From a virus: DNA of 64,000 nt. The stretch's first letter is position 1; each line of letters opens with the position of its first letter. The translations under genes and the position numbers were made by a program. Shown here in pieces: positions 34,231-42,700 of this stretch. The notes under the pieces were generated by a model. It saw only the letters and a program-made list of their open reading frames with translations. It ran no database searches and had not been told where the DNA came from. The stretch is from IMG/VR virus record IMGVR_UViG_3300005466_000027, positions 7,865 through 71,864 of that record. One strand, written 5' to 3'.

Positions 34231-34469
34231 CCACCTCCACCATCCTCCTCTCCCTCGTCCCGGTTTACCTTCTCGCTGGATGGCTCACCATGGTTTTCGA
34301 CACGGCCATTGGCAGTCACTCCAGCGCGGAACAACGCTTCGCTATTTTTCTGCTGTGGCCGTTCATGCTCGGAGCGCTGTTTCTGGTCTACATCTTTCGC
34401 AATCTGTGGGTGCTACTGGACAACGCGGCCACTCGCCTCGGAAATAAACTGAAGAGGAAAGACCCGTGA
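34227..34469 (+). CDS. two-TM membrane protein
   Basis: Two hydrophobic segments, LLWP motif. Confidence 0.6.
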   Translation: MTTSTILLSLVPVYLLAGWLTMVFDTAIGSHSSAEQRFAIFLLWPFMLGALFLVYIFRNLWVLLDNAATRLGNKLKRKDP

Positions 34470-35014
34470 TCGAGTTCAACCGCATCTTCACCGGAGGCAT
34501 GGAGCTGTGTCCCCCGGTCGTCCCCGGACTGGCCTTCGTGCATGCCTGCAAAACGTGTCACCGGCAGCTCTGCGGCCAACCCCGCCCTGCTGACCCGGAC
34601 TACCTTTACCGTGAGCACAACGGAGAGCTTTTCCTGAACTTGATCGACCCAGACAAGCCTCTTTTCAGCCTCCCTCTTTTCGAGCATGCCCTCGACTGGA
34701 TGACCCAACGCCACCGCAACGGCGAGGATGTAGTCATCCACTGTGACCAGGGCAACAGCCGCAGCCGGTCCCTCGCGTTGCTCCTCTGCGCCCGCCTCGG
34801 GTTCGTCACCGCGGACTCGCTCCAGCTCGCTGCATTCGAGTTCGCCAACAAAACAGGCTACGCTTTCACACCCGGTCGAGGCATCACGATCTTCATGGAG
34901 CAGAATTGGGAAGCGCTTATGGGCAGGGAAACCCCGAGAGAACGCTCGCAGCGGGAAGCAATAGATGCGCTAGTAAGGAGATTTGGTCCGCGTCTTCTCG
35001 CTGCCGGAGAATAG
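34466..35014 (+). CDS. dual-specificity/tyrosine phosphatase-like protein
   Basis: VVIHCDQGNSRS (CX5R) with upstream LNLID. Confidence 0.8.
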   Translation: MIEFNRIFTGGMELCPPVVPGLAFVHACKTCHRQLCGQPRPADPDYLYREHNGELFLNLIDPDKPLFSLPLFEHALDWMTQRHRNGEDVVIHCDQGNSRSRSLALLLCARLGFVTADSLQLAAFEFANKTGYAFTPGRGITIFMEQNWEALMGRETPRERSQREAIDALVRRFGPRLLAAGE

Positions 35015-35120
35015 TTTTTATGACCACACCCGTTCCCCTGCTCATCTCCGCCAAGACTATGAACACACATTACGAACTCATCGGCCTCACCGCCTTCGAC
35101 ACCCAGAAAGGGAAACGGGA

Positions 35121-35354
35121 GTGAGCACCTCTCGATACATTCGCAACTGCATCCGATGGTTCTTTCTTTGCATCTTCCACCCGCTGAAGACACGTCACGA
35201 ATTGGACCAATACAATTTCTGGTTCCAGCAGACACAGGATGCCTTTGACCGGGCCAAGGCTGCGAAAACACAGAAAGAATTTCTCTTGGCCAAGTCACAG
35301 TTCCAGCTTGCCGAACGCCGCTACTGGAAGCACTCCAAATACATCTGCCCATGA
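35121..35354 (+). CDS. hypothetical protein (GTG start uncertain)
   Basis: ATGA-coupled to next gene. Confidence 0.45.
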   Translation: MSTSRYIRNCIRWFFLCIFHPLKTRHELDQYNFWFQQTQDAFDRAKAAKTQKEFLLAKSQFQLAERRYWKHSKYICP

Positions 35355-35650
35355 CCACAGAAACTTGCAAAAACTGCTGGTGGTGGAGCAGACCGGACGC
35401 GGAAGCAACCCTCGGCCAGTGCCGATGCCATGCGCCTTCCACTGTCGAGACAGACTGCAACGCCGCTTTTTCAGGCAGAGCACAGCAAACGCTATGGCCG
35501 GTGACGGAGGCGATTGACTGGTGCGGGGACTTCCGGCACAACGTGAGCTGCGATGCACCGAGCCTCCAGGCATGGAAAGATGCACAGATTGACCAAACCT
35601 ATCAGTTTCTCAGTGACTTCGTGAAAACCAGAATCGAGTTGGCACCATGA
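35351..35650 (+). CDS. Cys-rich small phage protein
   Basis: CKNCWWW...CRCHAP...WP......WCGDF. Confidence 0.65.
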   Translation: MTTETCKNCWWWSRPDAEATLGQCRCHAPSTVETDCNAAFSGRAQQTLWPVTEAIDWCGDFRHNVSCDAPSLQAWKDAQIDQTYQFLSDFVKTRIELAP

Positions 35651-35838
35651 CCGATCACCTCATCAACATCGCTTGGAAGGCATCCAGAGTTCTCGATCAG
35701 TTGGAGCCACCTAAAGACGGCTGTGGTCCGACCGGAATTATCGGGCCGCGGGGATTTTATCCAGCGGGTGAGTCCTACGAAAAAGACCTTGTTGAGTCTA
35801 TCCAATCCATGCTCACGCGCATCTCCCAGTACCTATGA
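35647..35838 (+). CDS. hypothetical protein
   Basis: ATGA overlaps. Confidence 0.5.
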   Translation: MTDHLINIAWKASRVLDQLEPPKDGCGPTGIIGPRGFYPAGESYEKDLVESIQSMLTRISQYL

Positions 35839-36236
35839 AACTCCCCCTTATCTTCATCCTCCTGCTCCTCGCCACCACGCTACACGCCGACGACTGGTCA
35901 TCCGCTATGCTCGCTCGTCTCGATGCCGAGCAGCGGACTAGCGAAATCGCCTTTGCCAAGTCCGACTTCAAGGCACTCCTGCAGAGCCAGCGCAGGCTCA
36001 ACGTCATCCGTCGCCAGGCTAGCAACCACCGACAGATCGACACTCTCGCACCCGTCCAGCAAAACGCCTACTACAAGCGGCTGGAGTCACGCGACGAATA
36101 CGCTATCAAGTGGCTGGCCATCGCCCTCTACGCTCTCGAAGCGGCGTCGGCTCAGATCGACCGTGAAGAACTCGCGGCGATACAGCGTGAGCAGCTTTAC
36201 CTGCTGCGGGACATCGATAACCTGATTGCACGATGA
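35835..36236 (+). CDS. secreted helical protein
   Basis: Signal peptide MKLPLIFILLLLATTLHA. Confidence 0.6.
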   Translation: MKLPLIFILLLLATTLHADDWSSAMLARLDAEQRTSEIAFAKSDFKALLQSQRRLNVIRRQASNHRQIDTLAPVQQNAYYKRLESRDEYAIKWLAIALYALEAASAQIDREELAAIQREQLYLLRDIDNLIAR

Positions 36237-36517
36237 GCACACCAACTGAGCCGGAGAAGGCTTACATTCGAACAAAGCAATTCGAGTTCACCTCTCGAAA
36301 GCAATGCGACCATTTGGAGGCCATTGTGCAGCTTATCGCACCCAAACTGGAAGAAGTCGGAGTGCAGGTGATCTACAAAAACATTCCAGACCTTCATGCG
36401 AACCCGATGCGCTTGAAACCATTTCTGCTGATAATCGGTGAAGCGCAGCCGCTCTTGCGATTCGCGGATGGTGGTGTGCTCCTCAAAAGTGAAACTTCGC
36501 CGGAGAGAAAAGAGTAA
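36233..36517 (+). CDS. hypothetical protein (paralog of 55893-56096)
   Basis: GVQVIYKNI.....NPMR. Confidence 0.55.
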   Translation: MSTPTEPEKAYIRTKQFEFTSRKQCDHLEAIVQLIAPKLEEVGVQVIYKNIPDLHANPMRLKPFLLIIGEAQPLLRFADGGVLLKSETSPERKE

Positions 36518-36550
36518 GGCCACCCCGTTAACGACGCACGATCAACCCGT

Positions 36551-36778
36551 ATGAATACTCTTTCTCTTCTTGCTGTAGGCGCGCTCGGATCCACAGGCGG
36601 TTTGGTCGGTCTTCTCGTCTACGTGGCCATCGCCGCGGTTGTGGTGTGGGGCATCATCGCGCTGGTCAAGTGGAGTGGCATCGTCATACCGCAGCCGGTC
36701 TACATCATCCTCGTGTGCCTGGCGTGCATCTTCCTGATCCTCTTGATTGCGCGTGCATTTGGTGTGCTGGCGGGGTAA
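36551..36778 (+). CDS. two-TM small membrane protein
   Basis: Hydrophobic hairpin with central IPQP. Confidence 0.7.
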   Translation: MNTLSLLAVGALGSTGGLVGLLVYVAIAAVVVWGIIALVKWSGIVIPQPVYIILVCLACIFLILLIARAFGVLAG

Positions 36779-36834
36779 AAGTTCTTGACGGATTCGTATA
36801 GATTACGATACGTTTCGAGCAGTTCTTTGAATCT

Positions 36835-36907
36835 TGAATTGAGCGTGGAGAGCCTCTGCTGGGTATGACTCAGCTTCTCTGGCGGGTAAGACGCCGCGTT
36901 CAATTCA
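36835..36907 (+). ncRNA. candidate three-way-junction RNA
   Basis: 12-bp closing stem TGAATTGAGCGT/GCGTTCAATTCA, two internal hairpins; downstream of TTGACG at 36785. Confidence 0.45.
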
Positions 36908-36916
36908 GTCTTCAAT

Positions 36917-37027
36917 GAAGCAGGTGGACAAATTGGTAAAGTCGGCTCAGACGAGTAGCTGGTGCGCTGACGGGTTGATCGCCGTCAGTTCCCAGTCCTG
37001 CAGGTTCAACTCCTGCCCTGCTTCCCC
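36917..37027 (+). ncRNA. tRNA-like RNA lacking a normal anticodon loop, with giant variable arm
   Basis: Acceptor GAAGCAGG/CCTGCTTC, D arm GAC-AAATTGGTAAA-GTC, T arm GCAGG-TTCAACT-CCTGC. Confidence 0.7.
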
Positions 37028-37033
37028 TTTTAA

Positions 37034-37226
37034 TTTTTGTTGGTGGCGGCTTCCCACGGGCGGTGCAATTCCGCAGACTGTCTACTGAGGGAATACCTGC
37101 TTGAAATGGCGTCTGTGGCAATACGGTAGGCGGGCAAGTGCTCGTGCCAGTCCCTTTGGCGGGTGTTGGAGTGAGAAGTCGTGTTTTTCGACCGAGGCTG
37201 CTCAGCCATCCCGCCACCAACAAAAA
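37034..37226 (+). ncRNA. candidate 193-nt multibranched RNA
   Basis: Perfect 16-bp closing inverted repeat; internal T-loop-like and GNRA hairpins. Confidence 0.55.
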
Positions 37227-37336
37227 CGGTTGACGACCTCAGCAGTAATGATATCGTTCCGTTCTGTGATTTTCTCGCCGCGACCCCGATTCTGATACCA
37301 CCCCGCTCTGCACCTGTTCAGAGCGGTGTATCAACT

Positions 37337-37414
37337 CGCGTCGTGGGCTAATCTGGCTAAGCCGTCTGCCCTGGGAGCAGGACAATGTGCGTTCGAATCG
37401 CACCGACGCGACCA
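37337..37414 (+). tRNA. tRNA-Pro(UGG) with encoded CCA
   Basis: Full cloverleaf; C1:G72, A73, anticodon TGG, G37; atypical C33. Confidence 0.9.
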
Positions 37415-37574
37415 CTTTTCAATCCCCCTCACTGTTGCGACGGTGGGGTTTTTACCACCCGCCCGATGAGGGCGATTCCAAGGCCACCTGTCACCGGGTG
37501 GTCTTGTTCTTTTTTGCACGGATTGCTTTACGCTGTTGACTATTGACAACGGATGTGGTTTGACTGTCAGGCAA

Positions 37575-38363
37575 ATGCCATCCTCGACATCACGAGTCGT
37601 TCCCCGCTCCAAGGATAATTTTACGTGGACTGGCGGCTGGGTGACGACGACCCCCCAGCAGGCCAAGAGCATTGCCACGCGCTACGGTGGCGCACCGGCC
37701 AACCCGAATCTCAAGACGGACGCGGAGGTGGCCAACATGGGTGCTGCCGCACAGACCAAGGCCGATGCCGACATGGGCACCGCGGCCAACACCGCGCAGA
37801 ATGAACAGAATCTCGCCGCCGCCGAGACGCGGGGCAACATCGCTGCCGCGGGCACCATGCTCCCGGCTGGCACGACCAACGAGGTGCAGCCTGGTCAGGT
37901 AGCCGGTGCCACGGTGCCCGTTGCAGCTCCGACGACCGTTGTCGCCCCCGGTGGCCCAGTGGTCAACCCGAACACGGGCAACACCGCCGCCCAGCAAGCC
38001 GAGCAGAACTGGATGGATCGCGGGGGCAGCGTGGCCACCATGCACCGCGCGCAAGTCGCTCAAGGCCGACGCCCTGCCATCGACGCCCGCGCTACACCGG
38101 CTTGGCAGGATGCCGGTCAGTCGGCATCGGATCAAATCCGCAGTGGGTTCGGCAGCGGTCCCGGTCAGGAAGGGCACAACCCGTTTCCTGCATCCGACTT
38201 CGGCAATGCCGGGAGCGCCGTATGGGCAGCGATGACCGACAAATTCAACCAGTTGAACCAGAGCAAGGCTCGTCTGCGGCAATCGCTTGCCCCGGCATCC
38301 GCTCCCACCCCGCAGTTTAGCGCCGGTTCCTCGGCAGAGGATTCCACCGCTTTCGGCAGCTAA
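37575..38363 (+). CDS. probable DNA ejection/internal virion protein
   Basis: A/G/Q/T-rich low complexity; first of three genes of increasing size. Confidence 0.5.
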   Translation: MPSSTSRVVPRSKDNFTWTGGWVTTTPQQAKSIATRYGGAPANPNLKTDAEVANMGAAAQTKADADMGTAANTAQNEQNLAAAETRGNIAAAGTMLPAGTTNEVQPGQVAGATVPVAAPTTVVAPGGPVVNPNTGNTAAQQAEQNWMDRGGSVATMHRAQVAQGRRPAIDARATPAWQDAGQSASDQIRSGFGSGPGQEGHNPFPASDFGNAGSAVWAAMTDKFNQLNQSKARLRQSLAPASAPTPQFSAGSSAEDSTAFGS

Positions 38364-38368
38364 TTTTT

Positions 38369-39760
38369 ATGCCCTCCCGCGCCCGTATCGTGCCAAGAAT
38401 GTATCAGGGACTTGGCCGCACTGTCCCCGGCGCGACCTATGGATTCCACAACCCCCAGCAGGACGATCTGCGCGGGGCGCAAGCCCTGGAAGGCGATTAC
38501 CGGGATGCCTTGGTCCAGGAACACCATGCGGCGGATGAGCGCTACCGGCAGATGCACGCCGAACTGGAGCTGGCCAAGCTGCGCCGCGAACTGGCCCACG
38601 ACGAGGCCAAGACACAGCGCCGGATCAAGTATGAGGCCATGATGGAGAAGGCGGTGCCGGAGCTTTACGCCATCGACCCCGCCGACCCGCAGGCCGTGCA
38701 GAAGCGAGCCCAATTTGCCCAGCGTTGGCCACAGCTTTTTCACAAGGAAAACGATGTCCCCGGCATCACCTCGGAGTTTGAACAGCATACCCGGCTCTCG
38801 GGTGAAGCTGAGCGGCAGCGTAATGCGGTCCAAGCGAAGAAGGAAGCGGCGGAACAACGTGCTGCGGATATCAAAGAGCGGATGGAGCAACGTGAGCGCG
38901 ATAAGCAGGAGGCCGAGGATCGCCGCAAGAAGGATGTGCAGGAGCGCGAAAGCCAGCGCAAACAGGATTTGCGCGAAAATCATCTCGGCTACGCCCGTGG
39001 GAAATACGATACTGCTGAAGAGGAGTCCACCATCCTCGGCAAGCGGATCACCGAGAACCAAGGATACATCGACGCTATCAAGGGACAGTTAAAACCAAAT
39101 GAACAGCCAAGCGTTGACCAGCAAAAGCAGTTGGACCTTTTGGTGAAGAGTCAGGACCAGTTGAAGGCTGAAAAAGCACGGCACGATTCCAAGATGAAAG
39201 GGCTCGTAGCTCAGTTTCCGGAGCTGGACCCAGCCTACGTGCCCAAGGAGAAATCCGAAACGGCTACTGCTTCGGGTACCGGCTCACCCGCTGCCATCGA
39301 CACCGCGCAGCCGGATGTCTCCGCGATCCAGGGTACCACCCCTCTCGCCCGAGGGACGGCCACACCGAGCGGCGAGATGGATTTGAGCGGTTCCACCAAT
39401 GGCACTGCTACGCCGCCGCCCGAAGCCGGGGATGCGGTGGTGCCGGATACCGGGGGAGAAGACTCCGTGGCGAACTTGTCTAGGGCTACGCCGCCACCCG
39501 CCGCTGCGCCTGTTGCCGTTCCGCTGCCCACCGGAGAGGACGCTGTTCCGAATCTCGCTGCGGTCGCACCGGCTGCCGTAGCGCCTGTTGCCGCTGTCCC
39601 GCCGCCGCCCGCCGCCGCTGTGCCCCCTGTTGCCGAGCCGCACCCCTACGAGGGCATGCGGGTGAAGCAGAAAAGCACCGGCAAGTATGGTACGTTCAAG
39701 AATGGTCAATTTATCTCCGAGGAAGAGGAGCAAAATCAGGATCAGCCAACACCCGAGTAA
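38369..39760 (+). CDS. probable ejection protein (coiled coil + Pro/Ala-rich linker)
   Basis: Long charged helix, PAAVP repeats, terminal small beta module. Confidence 0.55.
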   Translation: MPSRARIVPRMYQGLGRTVPGATYGFHNPQQDDLRGAQALEGDYRDALVQEHHAADERYRQMHAELELAKLRRELAHDEAKTQRRIKYEAMMEKAVPELYAIDPADPQAVQKRAQFAQRWPQLFHKENDVPGITSEFEQHTRLSGEAERQRNAVQAKKEAAEQRAADIKERMEQRERDKQEAEDRRKKDVQERESQRKQDLRENHLGYARGKYDTAEEESTILGKRITENQGYIDAIKGQLKPNEQPSVDQQKQLDLLVKSQDQLKAEKARHDSKMKGLVAQFPELDPAYVPKEKSETATASGTGSPAAIDTAQPDVSAIQGTTPLARGTATPSGEMDLSGSTNGTATPPPEAGDAVVPDTGGEDSVANLSRATPPPAAAPVAVPLPTGEDAVPNLAAVAPAAVAPVAAVPPPPAAAVPPVAEPHPYEGMRVKQKSTGKYGTFKNGQFISEEEEQNQDQPTPE

Positions 39761-42700
39761 ATGGCCTACGACCTCACCGATTTTGAACCGGAGCAGGCGT
39801 CTCCGGTCGCGGTCAAGTCGCCCATCTCGAAATCCCGTCAAGACCTGAGTGATTTCGAGCCGGTGGAGACACCCGCTGAACCGACCGCGGCTGAACCCGC
39901 GGAGCAGGCTGCGCAGGCGACAGTTCCTCCTGTGCAACCCGCCATCACCAACGACCCTTTCGCCGCGTTCAATGCCAAGCTGGAAAATTCTCCCGTGGCC
40001 AGGATGCCGGAGGTGAACTTGCCCGCGCAGTCCGCTGTCCCGGATGTCACTCGCCCCATTCAGCCGGTGCCGCAGGTAACGCCGGAAGACACGCTGCCGG
40101 TGGCCAAGGACGTGCCCAGCCGGGGCGTGTTTGTCAACGAGACGCCGACGCTCATCAGCAATATCCGCGAAGGTAAATTCGAAGACGCGGCGGCACTGGC
40201 CAAGGAAAACGCGATGGGTTCCAAACCGATGCGATTCCTCTTCGGGCCCACCGAAGCTCAGAGGATCGCGGAGGCGGTTCCCGTGACCAAGGAGGATGGC
40301 ATCACCAGCTACGAGTACAAACCGGCCAGCACGGATGCTGTGGAGAAGCTGGGTGCGGTCGGGGCGGCACGTCGTTCCATCGCGTCCCTGGAGCGCGGCA
40401 TCCCGGTGACGGAGTTGGATCAGAAGGTGGAAAGCGAGATGATGAAGGACGACCCCAGCGACAGCACGTTGAAGTCCATCGGCAAGGGGCTCTATAATGC
40501 GGTCCTCAGAACGACCGTGAGCCTTTCCGATCCGACGATGGCTCTTATCCCGGAATCGAAGCTGGTCAGCGGTGCGTTTACGCTCGATATGGCCAACAGC
40601 GCCAAGGAACAAATTCAGAAAGGGCTGGAAGCGGACAACCCTCGGGAAGCGGTCGAAGGATTGCTCGGGGGCGTCATCACCTTGGGCATGGCTGGGGTGT
40701 CGGGGAGCCATACGCTCAAGCCGACCAAGGCCGACATCATCGAGCACATGGACAAGGTGCCGGATGAACTGTTGCACGAAGCCAACAAAGAACTGAAGTC
40801 CAGCGACCCGGATGTGGCCAGCGCGGCGGGGGCCGAGTTGATGAAACGGGCTGCCGACTTTGGTCAAGAGTTGGACGCCACGCTCAAGCGATTGCCTGGC
40901 GATGTGCAGGAGAAGGTCAATGGTATTCTGCAGAAACAGCTCCGGGGTGAAGAACTAACCAACAACGAGCGTGCCACGCTGTTGCAGGTGCGGTCCTACG
41001 CTTCGCGGCTGCAGCAGGATAAGACCAACGACGAATTTACTTCTGGAACGCCAGCACGAACAGCGCCGACGCAGCAAGTAGCGCCAGCAGAACCAGTAGG
41101 AACTGGGGGGCAGTCAGTGAGTCCACGTAATGAACCTGCGCCTGTTGTAGACGCGAGTCAACAAGGCGGCAGTGTAGCGGCGTCTGCCAAGGCTAAAGCG
41201 GAGGCAGCGACACAACCGCTGCGGGAAGTCGCAGCAGCCGTCCAAGAGACATTACCGCTCGCCGCTCAAGCAGCCAAGGAACAGGCGGATTTGCTGGCCA
41301 AACGGGCGCAGGAGCAGGCTGCGGCTGCAGAATCAACTTCACCGCCGCCCGCCGTCGAACCTCCGGCATCGGGCCAACAGGAACCGCCACTCTCCGGGGA
41401 AGAAAGGCCCCCGGCTGCCACGGTCGCTCCTGTCATGGAAGGGGCGGCGGCGAAGCCTGTCACACAGGGCACCAAGATCGTAGGCCCGGTCCTGCAGGTC
41501 GATGGTAAAACCTATGCCGAGGGCAAAATTGGGCAGCATCACAAAGACATCGTAGCTGAGGCGATTGACAACTATTTCAAGGCTAACCCGGATGCCGAGG
41601 AAGTGCCACGGTTCGATCACCGATTCAAGGACGACCAAGGCAACATCCACGACCGGGAGAGCGGCTGGGAGCTGGCCAAGAGTGCCAACCAGATTCCACC
41701 GGAAACGGCGAACGCAGTTGAAGCGCTGGCAAGCTCCAGTGGTGACAGACCGCAGCTTCACGCCGATCACTTGGTTGAAGGAGAATCCAGCTTGACGGAA
41801 ACAGCAAACAATGGAGAAGCTGCTGGAATGACCAAAAAACCTTTTGAGGTAGATGAATCTCTTGTGATGAACTCACCACACACTGGAGATGACACGATTG
41901 TGAATTTTCGAGGAGTCCAAGGAGATAATGCAGTGGTGTGGACCGGGAGAAGTCAGATGATGGTGCCTCTGGAGTGGCTTCGCCGTGAAGGCGAGCCCCT
42001 TCAGAAAAAAGAAACCCCTTCTTCACAGGCTCAACTACCTGCTGACGCCCCACATCCATCTACATCTGAGGGCAAAACGGAAGTAGCCGAGAAGGATTTT
42101 CCTAAAACAAAAGCAGACATCATTGAGGAACTTCTCGGTCCAGAGCCAAGCTACTTTGAAGGACAGATGAAGCAGAAAGAATCCGCCAAACAATACGCTA
42201 AATTTTCCAAACAGGAACTGGCTGAGAGACTACAAAATAAGAGGGATTTTGAGAAAAAAAGTAAGGAATTAAGTCAGCGGATGATGTCCGTCGCTCCAGA
42301 GGTTTCTGCGCGCTTGGACGCTGCGGGAGGTAAATGGCGTGCAGAGGCCAACCAGATCGCAGAAGAACATGGTTTTGGTGAACGGTGGAGAGGGATGACC
42401 GACAACTCACGGGGGGAGGAAGCTGCTCGTCTTTCCAGTTTTTTGGCCGATTACGGATTTGATAAGCTGAAAAAGGAGCCTCCTGATGAACCTGTATCTT
42501 CGAAAGAGCCGATTACCGTGGAACGACCAGTGGTTGCACCGAATGAGCCTGTGGAGCGGCCACCGGCTGCGGATGCCGCTGCGACCGAGGCTTCCGTGGC
42601 GAAAGGCTCCCTTCTCGATAAATTAGAGTCCCTGCTGACCGAAGAGGAGCCGCCCGCCGCCGCGAAGGAAGCTCCGCAATCCCCCGCACAGAAGCGGGTG

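Noticed and set aside
37050-37100. Cobalamin riboswitch (CGGTGCAATTCCG)
   Set aside because: Only the T-loop-like piece matches; other core elements and a downstream regulated gene are missing
37337-37414. tRNA as prophage attachment site
   Set aside because: Phage genes continue on both sides; no integrase or duplicated 3' tRNA end seen
37455-37501. Hammerhead ribozyme near CCGATGAG
   Set aside because: Core is not CUGAUGA and no GAAA partner is positioned correctly
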